Source: a virus
Taxonomy: Duplodnaviria; Caudoviricetes
IMG/VR virus record: IMGVR_UViG_3300037195_000603
Location: 1-36,512 of that record
Direction: 5' to 3' (one strand)
DNA length: 36,512 nt
The translations under genes and the position numbers were made by a program. This document shows, piece by piece, positions 1 to 7,248 of this stretch. Positions within the stretch are counted from its first letter, which is position 1, and each line of letters begins with the position of its first letter. A model generated the notes under the pieces. It searched no databases. It saw only the letters and a list, made by a program, of their open reading frames with translations, and was not told where the DNA came from.

Positions 1-439
1 TATCAAAGGAATTCAGACTTTCACCACTCGTGACAAGGAAACGGGTGAGATTTTGCGTCAACAAGTTCGTGAAAACATTGTCACCACACTAGGGCGTGAG
101 ATGCTTGCCAGGCGTATGGCAGGCAACACCACGTACACAGGTGCGGTTGATTATGGTGCATTGGGTACAGATACTACAGTGCCAGCAAATACAGATACAA
201 CACTGGGGTCTGAGTCAACACGAGTGACTGTTACTTCCCAGGACTTTGCTGAGAACATTGCCTACATCAGTTTCTTCTTTCCTGCACCTGCTGCTGACAT
301 TGGCTACGAAGAGTTTGGCAACTTTGTAGATGGTGGAGCTGGTGCTGATACGGGCCAAATGTTTTCCCATGTACTTATCTCCGGAACACTAGCTACTACT
401 GAAACACTAACGGTTGACTGCCAATACACAATAACCTAG
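1..439 (+). CDS. Tail/baseplate-associated structural protein, paralog of 35147-35713. The true start is GTG at 36499 across the circular junction.
   Basis: Frame is open from nt 2 (IKGIQTFTTRDKETGEILRQQVRENIVTTLGREMLARR...YGALGTDTT). It aligns with ORF 35147 (LKGIHTVT...ENVTPTEGRTEIARAL...YVALGDDNT...GGAGADSG...ETLTID). Confidence 0.7.
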   Translation, partial: IKGIQTFTTRDKETGEILRQQVRENIVTTLGREMLARRMAGNTTYTGAVDYGALGTDTTVPANTDTTLGSESTRVTVTSQDFAENIAYISFFFPAPAADIGYEEFGNFVDGGAGADTGQMFSHVLISGTLATTETLTVDCQYTIT

Positions 440-443
440 ACAT

Positions 444-650
444 ATGTCTTCCCAAGAAGTGATTAACTTAAAAAACCAAGTAAATGATCTGGAGGATACA
501 ATTGACGATATGAAAAACAATCACCTTCGCCATATTGATATCAAGATTACTGAGATTAAAACTGACCTGAAATGGCTTAAGAAATTCTTTTGGCTAGTTG
601 CTTCAGCTTCCACGGGATCACTAGTTGCATCAGTAATATCACTTATATGA
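444..650 (+). CDS. Small coiled-coil protein with C-terminal TM helix (XhlA/holin-like lysis accessory)
   Basis: Coiled-coil N-terminus, hydrophobic C-terminus FFWLVASASTGSLVASVISLI, directly upstream of the endolysin. Confidence 0.55.
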   Translation: MSSQEVINLKNQVNDLEDTIDDMKNNHLRHIDIKITEIKTDLKWLKKFFWLVASASTGSLVASVISLI

Positions 651-1315
651 GGTGGCCAATAGATAAGGTTCACATCACCCAAGAGTTTGGTGAGAATCCC
701 TCTATCTATAAACGATTTGGTTTAGCAGGACACAATGGAATAGATTTCCGTACTAGGTTTATTGACACACCAAGAGCTAGGCGATATGTCACAGCAGCAC
801 TGGCAGGTAAAGTTATCAATGTGGGTGATCAGGGACGAAAAGGGTATGGCAAGTTCATACGTTTGCAGCACAAGGGCCTCTCACAGACTGTGTACGCCCA
901 TCTAACGCGTTTTTATGTAGAAAAGGGCGACCAGGTGCGTGAGGGGGATAGAATTGGCTTAAGCGGTAATACAGGTTTTTCCACTGGCCCACACCTACAC
1001 TTTGGCTACAGGCCAGAGGAATGGAAGGGCCTTTATGAAAATGGGTTCAAGGGTTACGTAGATCCACTTCCGTACTTGAGAGGAGAGAAGACTAAGAAGA
1101 AGGAGATACCTAATCCTGGATTTGCTAAGAAGTGGGCTGGATGGCTGCTTATAGTTCCAGAACTTGGAGGGGAGGTGTGGTATGTCAATCCACTAACTTT
1201 AAAAAGATACCGTTTGTCGGGCGGTGTTAGTTCAAAAGATGCTGCTCTACTTGCGCGTGATAAAGCGTGGGTAGGCATGAGCTTTAGGGACATATCTAAG
1301 ATCCCTGAAGCATAA
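647..1315 (+). CDS. Endolysin, M23 family metallopeptidase with a C-terminal putative binding module
   Basis: M23 motifs HNGIDF, YAHL and GNTGFSTGPHLHF. ATG at 647 overlaps the upstream stop (ATGA). Confidence 0.9.
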   Translation: MRWPIDKVHITQEFGENPSIYKRFGLAGHNGIDFRTRFIDTPRARRYVTAALAGKVINVGDQGRKGYGKFIRLQHKGLSQTVYAHLTRFYVEKGDQVREGDRIGLSGNTGFSTGPHLHFGYRPEEWKGLYENGFKGYVDPLPYLRGEKTKKKEIPNPGFAKKWAGWLLIVPELGGEVWYVNPLTLKRYRLSGGVSSKDAALLARDKAWVGMSFRDISKIPEA

Positions 1316-1324
1316 GAAAACCAT

Positions 1325-1513
1325 ATGAAAATCTGGTATAAATCAAAGGGAGTGTGGCTTGGTGTACTCGGAGCATTGATTCCAGTGGTAGACCTGGCTA
1401 TGGGAACCTTCACACTTACAGCAGGACAATTACAAACTCTGTTGTTCGTAGGTGGTGTCCTCGCAATCATTGTGCGAATTCTAACTTCAGACTCAATCGC
1501 ATTTAAGAAATAA
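1325..1513 (+). CDS. Putative holin (2 TM helices)
   Basis: 62 aa, KIWYKSKGVW N-terminus, two hydrophobic segments, basic C-terminus, adjacent to the endolysin. Confidence 0.65.
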   Translation: MKIWYKSKGVWLGVLGALIPVVDLAMGTFTLTAGQLQTLLFVGGVLAIIVRILTSDSIAFKK

Positions 1514-1515
1514 TT

Positions 1516-1806
1516 ATGTTGTATTTCAAGAAACTAAAAAAGACCAAACAGAAGGATCTTTGGCATTACATCAAAGTAGATGATGAAGCTAAGACCGCTG
1601 CTGAATGGGTCACAGATATCTACGTTGCTGACAACTGGGCACTCGTAGAGAAGGATGAATTCTTTGGCCATGACGAGCCAGAGGAAGAGGTTGAGGAATC
1701 AGCCGAAGTAGGGGATGAAGATGTTGCGGAGGTCGAGACAAGCGAGGCTACCGAAGACGGTAATGAGGAGACCAAGGATGAGGAGACCGCAGAGGGAGCA
1801 GAGTAA
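1516..1806 (+). CDS. Hypothetical protein with a very acidic C-terminal half
   Basis: Tightly packed after the holin, E/D-rich tail. Confidence 0.6.
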   Translation: MLYFKKLKKTKQKDLWHYIKVDDEAKTAAEWVTDIYVADNWALVEKDEFFGHDEPEEEVEESAEVGDEDVAEVETSEATEDGNEETKDEETAEGAE

Positions 1807-1840
1807 GAGGCGGCGGATGATGAGTAGAAACCTAGTCATA

Positions 1841-1993
1841 CTACTTAAAGATTGTTTTGTTTAAGAATCTTTGAACAAAACTTGTTGGAGATCCGTGAAG
1901 ATACACCTGCTTTTTACACTTGTTGCAGAAGTAGGTGTGTTTTTGTTCCCCAGGAATCGTATTAACTTTGCAGCACGTTGTTTTTATTTCCAT
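1841..1993 (-). CDS. Small Cys-rich (zinc-ribbon-like) protein
   Basis: MEIKTTCCK...YFCNKCKK, 50 aa, ATG just after the upstream gene's stop. Confidence 0.5.
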   Translation of the reverse strand: MEIKTTCCKVNTIPGEQKHTYFCNKCKKQVYLHGSPTSFVQRFLNKTIFK

Positions 1994-1997
1994 ATAT

Positions 1998-2258
1998 TTA
2001 GTACCAGATCCAGAACCATTCAAAGGAGAATGCACAGAACCAGGCAAAGGCTGTTGCGCCTATAGTGAATAATAGAATCCAAAGAAGTTTTATTTCACTC
2101 TCCACAACAAGGAAAAGAACACGGAAAAGGAGCATGGCTAGGATAACTGCGAGGATTGCTGTTGTATATTTCATGAGCATCCACATCTCAGGATGGTCAA
2201 GGATGTATCTGTCAATTGGCACAGTTTCTACTAGAGGAATGACAAGCACACTCATCAT
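1998..2258 (-). CDS. Hypothetical membrane protein (2 TM)
   Basis: Two long hydrophobic stretches. The start overlaps the 3' end of the APS kinase gene. Confidence 0.5.
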   Translation of the reverse strand: MMSVLVIPLVETVPIDRYILDHPEMWMLMKYTTAILAVILAMLLFRVLFLVVESEIKLLWILLFTIGATAFAWFCAFSFEWFWIWY

Positions 2259-2586
2259 ACTCAAATGGGTAATCAGGGTGCTCCATTCCTCCCTGTAGAA
2301 TAATAAAGTTACAGTCAATTGTACGCTTTATATCCCAGCGTAGTTCCCTGTATGGAGCTATAACGGAAACGATCACATCTTTCCCCTGACTTTCCAGCTC
2401 ACTAGCTAGACGTGCTATACGCCAGCAATTTTCTTCCCTATCACTTTGAGAGAGTCCTAGGTCTTTGTTTATTGTATCTCGCATCCTGTCACCGTCTAGG
2501 TGTACAGCATCAGGTATGCGCTTTATAAATTCTTTGGCTAGAGTTGTCTTTCCACTCTTACTTTGCCCCGCGATCCATAGGATCAT
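2212..2586 (-). CDS. cysC: Adenylyl-sulfate (APS) kinase, compact form
   Basis: P-loop GQSKSGKTT, LDGD motif, DLGLSQSDREENCWRIA and VSVIAPY, all characteristic of APS kinases. Confidence 0.85.
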   Translation of the reverse strand: MILWIAGQSKSGKTTLAKEFIKRIPDAVHLDGDRMRDTINKDLGLSQSDREENCWRIARLASELESQGKDVIVSVIAPYRELRWDIKRTIDCNFIILQGGMEHPDYPFEYDECACHSSSRNCAN

Positions 2587-3173
2587 ACTTTAGAAATTTT
2601 AAAGCCTATAAAAGCTGGATGAGTAATTGGTATCTTCTTAACTCTGAAGCCTGAGAACAAATACTTAATGTCATCAGGTGTAAAAACTTGTTCATGATGG
2701 TGACTGTTGTTACCTAGTCTTCCATCATCTGTGACAATGATTCCAAATTGATTTACGTTCTTCATTAACTCAACAAATACATTAGGATCTTGTACGTGCT
2801 CTATTGTGTTTAGAGAAAAGAGGAAATCAAAGTTGATCTCTTGATTCTCATAAACAAATGTTTCAACTGGCCCTTCCCACACACTGAAGCGATGGTCATC
2901 TACAAATTCATATGCGTACTTGTTCCCTGTCTCCTCTGGGTCTATACCTAATATCTTCAACTTCTTGTTATGAGACTTTTCAAGCATTAGGTGGTCAACT
3001 AGGCCATCTCCTGACCCTACGTCCACCAGAGAGCATTCTGAGGCCCGTGAGAGCCTGTGAATAAGAGGACGTAGTGCGTCATCAACTAGCTTTTTATAGT
3101 TTGCGTTACCGCCGTAGTACCAGTCCCAGTGGATAGCACCCCGCCGTTCGTACTTGTGATAGTGGTGAGCCAT
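2583..3173 (-). CDS. Class I SAM-dependent methyltransferase
   Basis: Motif I LVDVGSGDG, GID, and FDFLFSLNTIEHV. Confidence 0.85.
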   Translation of the reverse strand: MAHHYHKYERRGAIHWDWYYGGNANYKKLVDDALRPLIHRLSRASECSLVDVGSGDGLVDHLMLEKSHNKKLKILGIDPEETGNKYAYEFVDDHRFSVWEGPVETFVYENQEINFDFLFSLNTIEHVQDPNVFVELMKNVNQFGIIVTDDGRLGNNSHHHEQVFTPDDIKYLFSGFRVKKIPITHPAFIGFKISKV

Positions 3174-3174
3174 A

Positions 3175-3801
3175 TCAATATCTCATAAAGAGTTTCTCTT
3201 TTCGGATGTAAGAACCTGTCTGCTTTAGTGGTACATCCTGTCCATTCAACTCTAGAAATGATAGCACAGAGTTCTGAAAGTCAAGTGGTAGCTTCTCTAT
3301 CTCTTTTCCACGCGTCATGTCCTCGTAAGTTACTTCCAAGTAACGCAGATTGTTTTTACCGAACATGTCTTTTATTTTCCACTCAAACCCCTCAACAAAA
3401 CCCAAGTGTTCCTGAAACTGTGTGAACGAAAGTGTGGCACGGTTTTGTTCATTCATGTTGCGTAGGAATGTTCTGCCCTTACAACGCTTCAAGTGGATGA
3501 TGTATGCGTCATGACTCTCCAGCCATTGCAGTATCTCTGGATGTGATTGGATGTTGTTGTACTTAAGATCAAAGCCAAGGATGGCTGGTGGTTTCTTATC
3601 TTCGTCATACTTTCCCTTATGACACTTATCAAAGTATCTGCCTTCTTTCTTAAACGTCTGCATGAATGTCTTGAAGCTCTTTAGTCGTGTTGCCTTGGTA
3701 AGGATCTCGTCATGCAGAACAATGTCAGGATGTGAATTAAAAAAAGACCTGAATAAATTCGTACCAGACCCCTGTTGTGAGATAAGACAAGCTATCCTCA
3801 T
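3175..3801 (-). CDS. Sulfotransferase (Stf0/Sulfotransfer_3-like)
   Basis: 5'-PSB-like loop SQQGSGTNLFRSFFNSHPDI, GFDLKY, IIHLKR, LEVTYEDM and VLSFLEL. Confidence 0.75.
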   Translation of the reverse strand: MRIACLISQQGSGTNLFRSFFNSHPDIVLHDEILTKATRLKSFKTFMQTFKKEGRYFDKCHKGKYDEDKKPPAILGFDLKYNNIQSHPEILQWLESHDAYIIHLKRCKGRTFLRNMNEQNRATLSFTQFQEHLGFVEGFEWKIKDMFGKNNLRYLEVTYEDMTRGKEIEKLPLDFQNSVLSFLELNGQDVPLKQTGSYIRKEKLFMRY

Positions 3802-4156
3802 ATGGTTTTGTGTAAGTGTTTCAATTGTAAGTTTATAGGATTGAGTCCAATAAAACGCTGAATGTCTAGTATTGGGTCATCTTCAAATAAGTCTACTATG
3901 AGGATATCATTATATAAACTGTACCAACGCTTAAGCAACTTATTCACTTGATTGATTTTGTTGTACTGGTGGTAGGTGTAGTGAAAAGGGTCATTCATAT
4001 CCCTAATGTTTTCAGCCTCAAGTCAATGCCTCATATCTCTAGTCCACAGTTCACAAACTGTTTGTAAACGTTTGCAAACACCATAGTCATTAAAGTGATT
4101 GCGTTAGTTCGTAATCACTTTTTTGTATGACCATGAAACAGCTACGAGAAGATTCC
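3798..4156 (-). pseudogene. Possible degraded second sulfotransferase. The 66-aa ORF 3798-3998 is its intact 3' part.
   Basis: One frame reads LRNLLVAVSWSYKKVITN*RNHF...DMRH*LEAENIRDMNDPF...DILIVDLFEDDPILDIQRFIGL, resembling the 3'-PB and C-terminal sulfotransferase motifs, with two in-frame stops. Confidence 0.35.
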
Positions 4157-4528
4157 TTAGGGTGTTCTCCTAACGTAATAATAGCCCAGCTTCCTATATT
4201 GTTTTCCCCTTATTTTAGTCCCTGAAATGGACTCTGTTTCATCATCTAAATCAATTTGACGTATGCCATATCCTACTTTTCTCCCATAACACACTGATTC
4301 TATGTCAGGTAAGGCAATGAAAATCATCTGTCCATCAGCTACTTCATCAGTAAATTCCTTACGAAACATCCCCATTCTCTCGTTTATTGAGTAGGGATTA
4401 GACTTGTCCACACCCGTGTTCCTGAACCCTATAAGCACACTCTTACCCTCATCCAAAACTGTGCGGATGAGTTTAATGTGCCCCTCGTGTAATGGTTGAT
4501 AACGACCAATAAAAAAAGAGTATTTCAT
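4157..4528 (-). CDS. Cytidylyltransferase-like (HIGH-motif) nucleotidyltransferase
   Basis: FIGRYQPLHEGH (HxGH), NPYSINER, and C-terminal ISGTKIR (SxxxxR motif). Confidence 0.85.
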   Translation of the reverse strand: MKYSFFIGRYQPLHEGHIKLIRTVLDEGKSVLIGFRNTGVDKSNPYSINERMGMFRKEFTDEVADGQMIFIALPDIESVCYGRKVGYGIRQIDLDDETESISGTKIRGKQYRKLGYYYVRRTP

Positions 4529-4567
4529 AAAGTTGGCGTACCGATATTAGAAGCCTCGGTACAACGG

Positions 4568-4672
4568 CTATTCATTGGGATTCTTGCCGAAAACGACCAC
4601 GATGATTACCAGGACAGCTATGCCACCCACTACTTGCTTCAGAATCTCTATCGTGTCAGGTGATAGTTCCAT
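4568..4672 (-). CDS. 34-aa single-TM micro-protein (not in the ORF track)
   Basis: MELSPDTIEILKQVVGGIAVLVIIVVVFGKNPNE*, starting 3 nt after the stop of 4676-4897. Confidence 0.5.
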   Translation of the reverse strand: MELSPDTIEILKQVVGGIAVLVIIVVVFGKNPNE

Positions 4673-4675
4673 AGT

Positions 4676-4897
4676 TCACGTCGTGAAGAATCTGATGGGA
4701 GCCTTGAAAACTGCTGACCCATTCCGATCCCTGTACTGGATGACCAGTGTTGCGTCACACTTCTCGCAGTGACTCACTTGGAACAAGCCCTTCGCACTAG
4801 CGTGAATGTGTGACTTGTGGGTGCTTTTCGTTGACTGTAGGCACCTTGGACATGTGACAATCGCTGGAATAACGGATTTTGCTTTGGGTCGTTTCAT
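4676..4897 (-). CDS. Small zinc-finger protein
   Basis: CPRC...CEKC pairs, preceded by an SD-like GGGAGG. Confidence 0.6.
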   Translation of the reverse strand: MKRPKAKSVIPAIVTCPRCLQSTKSTHKSHIHASAKGLFQVSHCEKCDATLVIQYRDRNGSAVFKAPIRFFTT

Positions 4898-5270
4898 GAT
4901 CCCTCCCTAATTATTCTAAAAAAAAACTGCTAATAAAGCAATTACTTGTGTCGTATAAATTACGTTTTACGACACTACTATTCTCCCTTTATATATAGAT
5001 ATAGATAGGACGAGCAACACCTACTGCCCTCCCTCTGAGCATCATCAACCTTTTAGCCCCATTCCTAGAAGAAAAGGAGAAGAGAAACCCTTAAGTTTGT
5101 TAATTCTTAAGGTAAAGAGAAGAAAAAAAGAAGATGCTCGTCGGTCGGTTGTAGTTTGTTATGCAGTCCACAAGTGTAAAAAAATACACTTGTTGCAATC
5201 AACACGTGCTTTTGATAAACTACTCACGTTGTTAACTGCAACATTACTTTACAGCTTAATTGCTGGCGTG

Positions 5271-5302
5271 GCAAGCGACCCCTTTACGGGGTCTTTTGCT
5301 TT
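5271..5302 (+). terminator. Rho-independent terminator-like hairpin
   Basis: GACCCC-TTTAC-GGGGTC (5277-5293) followed by TTTTGCTTT. Confidence 0.6.
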
Positions 5303-5305
5303 ATG

Positions 5306-5314
5306 TGTGGATAA
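5306..5314 (-). promoter_or_regulatory. Perfect DnaA box (TTATCCACA on the minus strand)
   Basis: TGTGGATAA at 5306-5314, in the only large non-coding region, just upstream of a promoter. Confidence 0.55.
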
Positions 5315-5330
5315 CCCACGGACAGAACAC

Positions 5331-5359
5331 TTGCCAGTATATTTAATATAACATATGAT
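5331..5359 (+). promoter_or_regulatory. Sigma70-type promoter for the rightward early operon
   Basis: -35 TTGCCA (5331-5336), 17-bp spacer, -10 TATGAT (5354-5359), ATG at 5368. Confidence 0.65.
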
Positions 5360-5367
5360 ATAGACAT

Positions 5368-5508
5368 ATGGCACAAGAATATGACAAATGGGTTGTCTAT
5401 TTAGATAAAGACCTGAAGCACAAAACCAAACTAAAGGCATTGATGTTTAGAACAACAGTATCAGCCTGGGTAAGTAATCTAATAAGACAAGAATTAAAAA
5501 AGAAATAA
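5368..5508 (+). CDS. Ribbon-helix-helix (CopG/Arc-like) regulator, 46 aa (not in the ORF track)
   Basis: MAQEYDKWVVYLDKDLKHKTKLKALMFRTTVSAWVSNLIRQELKKK: alternating beta-strand, helix, TVS turn, helix. Confidence 0.65.
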   Translation: MAQEYDKWVVYLDKDLKHKTKLKALMFRTTVSAWVSNLIRQELKKK

Positions 5509-5509
5509 T

Positions 5510-5710
5510 ATGCGTTACACGCCAGCTACGCAGAGCGACTTTGCTCGCAACAAGATTTCCACTGTGCAAGAGATGCACGAGAAACAATTAAACAGAGTCC
5601 TTGAAGGTATTGGATTAGATTACTGCAAGGAAAAACAAATCTGTTCAGACTGTGGAGATGATTTAACAATACATCCAGATGATCCAGATTGTTTTAGAGA
5701 GGAGTTATGA
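5510..5710 (+). CDS. Hypothetical small Cys-containing protein
   Basis: Operon-like packing, CSDC motif. Confidence 0.55.
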   Translation: MRYTPATQSDFARNKISTVQEMHEKQLNRVLEGIGLDYCKEKQICSDCGDDLTIHPDDPDCFREEL

Positions 5711-5919
5711 AAAAGATCTCACCTAAACAAAAGAAAGCCATTTACTGGCATTTGTGGAAAGCTCAGGAGATGGGGATGGATATACCAGATCATCACTTAA
5801 CAGAAGTAGCACTGTCTGAACTTGATGTCAGGGAAGCAGGAAGGATCGTAGGGCCTCTTATGCGTGGTGACTACGAAGAAGGTATTCAAAAGATTAACGA
5901 ACATATTTATGCCAATTAA
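5707..5919 (+). CDS. Hypothetical protein
   Basis: ATGA overlap. The ISPKQKKAI...LDVREAGRIV pattern is typical of small phage helical proteins. Confidence 0.6.
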   Translation: MKKISPKQKKAIYWHLWKAQEMGMDIPDHHLTEVALSELDVREAGRIVGPLMRGDYEEGIQKINEHIYAN

Positions 5920-6292
5920 ACTGCCAATCAATCGCAAATATCTAAAAGCAAGCAACTTTGTACGTCCAGGTCTTATACTGAAGATCACAAAAGACCCCAT
6001 TCATTTTCTTAGTGATCGTTTCAAAGATAAAGATGGAAATCCTCTTGAAATGTATGCGTATTATTTTATAGATCAGAATGGAGATGAGAAAGAAGTAAAT
6101 TCAGGATCAGTTGGACTGGCAGAAGCATTCAATGGAGCAGATCTAGAGGTAGGAGATACTGTTTGTATCTACAAAGAAGGAGATGGATTCAATACAAAAT
6201 ACTTTGTAAGTAAAACAGATGCTATTACTACTCCACCACAACAGGATGCACCAGAGAAAAAGGAAGAAGACTTGTCCGATATCCCTTTCTAG
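5909..6292 (+). CDS. Putative single-stranded DNA-binding protein
   Basis: Beta-rich core, KEGDGFNTKY, flexible linker and acidic C-terminal tail EEDLSDIPF typical of SSBs. Confidence 0.65.
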   Translation: MPIKLPINRKYLKASNFVRPGLILKITKDPIHFLSDRFKDKDGNPLEMYAYYFIDQNGDEKEVNSGSVGLAEAFNGADLEVGDTVCIYKEGDGFNTKYFVSKTDAITTPPQQDAPEKKEEDLSDIPF

Positions 6293-6293
6293 T

Positions 6294-6479
6294 ATGAGAA
6301 TTGATCCAACACAAAAATTTATAACTAGGACAGCTATTGCCAAGTCACTTATTGAGGCTGGTACACCAGATTTGGATATGGCAGATATTTGGTATAACTG
6401 GATTATCTATGGACAAAGACCAACTACAGAAACTGAGGCAGATGACAAAGCCTCAGATAATGAAGAAGTATTGGCCTGA
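6294..6479 (+). CDS. Hypothetical protein
   Basis: ATG 1 nt after the SSB stop, MRIDPTQKFITRTAIAKSLIEAG... Confidence 0.5.
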   Translation: MRIDPTQKFITRTAIAKSLIEAGTPDLDMADIWYNWIIYGQRPTTETEADDKASDNEEVLA

Positions 6480-6627
6480 AGTTTTAGCAGGTAGGCTTAC
6501 TCCTGAACAATACGGAAAGTTAATCAGACAAGGTTTGGCACATAGTGACAAGTACGATGCTGAAGGAAATGAGACAGTGAGATACTTAATAAATAACTTT
6601 GGGGGAAAAGAAACATCAGATGTATGA
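6409..6627 (+). CDS. Hypothetical protein (start uncertain)
   Basis: Fills the gap to the ATGA overlap with 6624. Confidence 0.45.
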   Translation: MDKDQLQKLRQMTKPQIMKKYWPEVLAGRLTPEQYGKLIRQGLAHSDKYDAEGNETVRYLINNFGGKETSDV

Positions 6628-7061
6628 AGTATCAACAAGTGTGTCATGAGTGTGGACATAAAATAGCTGCAAGCACTCACAACATCAATACTGGAATGAT
6701 CAGTGCATTGGAAATGTTTATTCAGAGATATAATGAGGTTGGACGTGCTGTGAATATAAACACTGAAATTCAATTGAGTCACAATCAGTTAGCAGGATTT
6801 CGTAAATTGAAACATTTTGGACTTGTGAAGAAAGCAGATGGGAATGGTAAATGGTTGCCAACGAATAAGGGTTTAAAATTTGATCAGGAGCTGGTAGGTA
6901 TATGGAACCCATCAGCATCATTTAACGACGAAACATTAGAATCAGATCACGATGCTTGGGAAACTCATTCAAAAGCACGTGAGTATTTGATGAAATCAGA
7001 AGTAAAGGAAACTAGATATAAGCAAAGACTTGAATATCAGCAGGAAAAAAGAGGATGGTAA
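6624..7061 (+). CDS. Hypothetical protein with CxxC and a possible winged-helix domain
   Basis: CHEC, and KLKHFGLVKK...GKWLPTNKG resembling a wHTH wing. Confidence 0.55.
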   Translation: MKYQQVCHECGHKIAASTHNINTGMISALEMFIQRYNEVGRAVNINTEIQLSHNQLAGFRKLKHFGLVKKADGNGKWLPTNKGLKFDQELVGIWNPSASFNDETLESDHDAWETHSKAREYLMKSEVKETRYKQRLEYQQEKRGW

Positions 7062-7071
7062 TTTGCAACTC

Positions 7072-7230
7072 AGCTATACGGGAGTGTGGAAAGTTTTACC
7101 GCCCGCGAGGGTCATAGGCTTCCACCTCTCGGTAGCTTGGTGCCTCTGCCCCCTTCTGGGGAAATATCCTAATCCTTCTTGGGAGCTATAGGATAGTCCC
7201 ACCTCCCTCCTCCAGGGTGGGGCAGAGGCA
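7072..7230 (+). ncRNA. Candidate structured RNA / cis-regulatory leader (two long hairpins)
   Basis: GC-rich island with nested stems capped by CCC-GCGA-GGG, and a 12-bp perfect stem 7141-7152/7219-7230. Confidence 0.5.
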
Positions 7231-7248
7231 ATAATTAAGAAAAACACT

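Noticed and set aside
5097-5440. ORFs 5097-5351 (+) and 5249-5440 (-)
   Set aside because: They run across the terminator, DnaA box, promoter and the better-supported RHH gene, with no protein-like motifs.
7072-7230. tRNA, tmRNA or SRP RNA
   Set aside because: No cloverleaf or TTCRA T-loop, and no SRP GGAA-loop consensus recognised. Kept as an unknown structured element.
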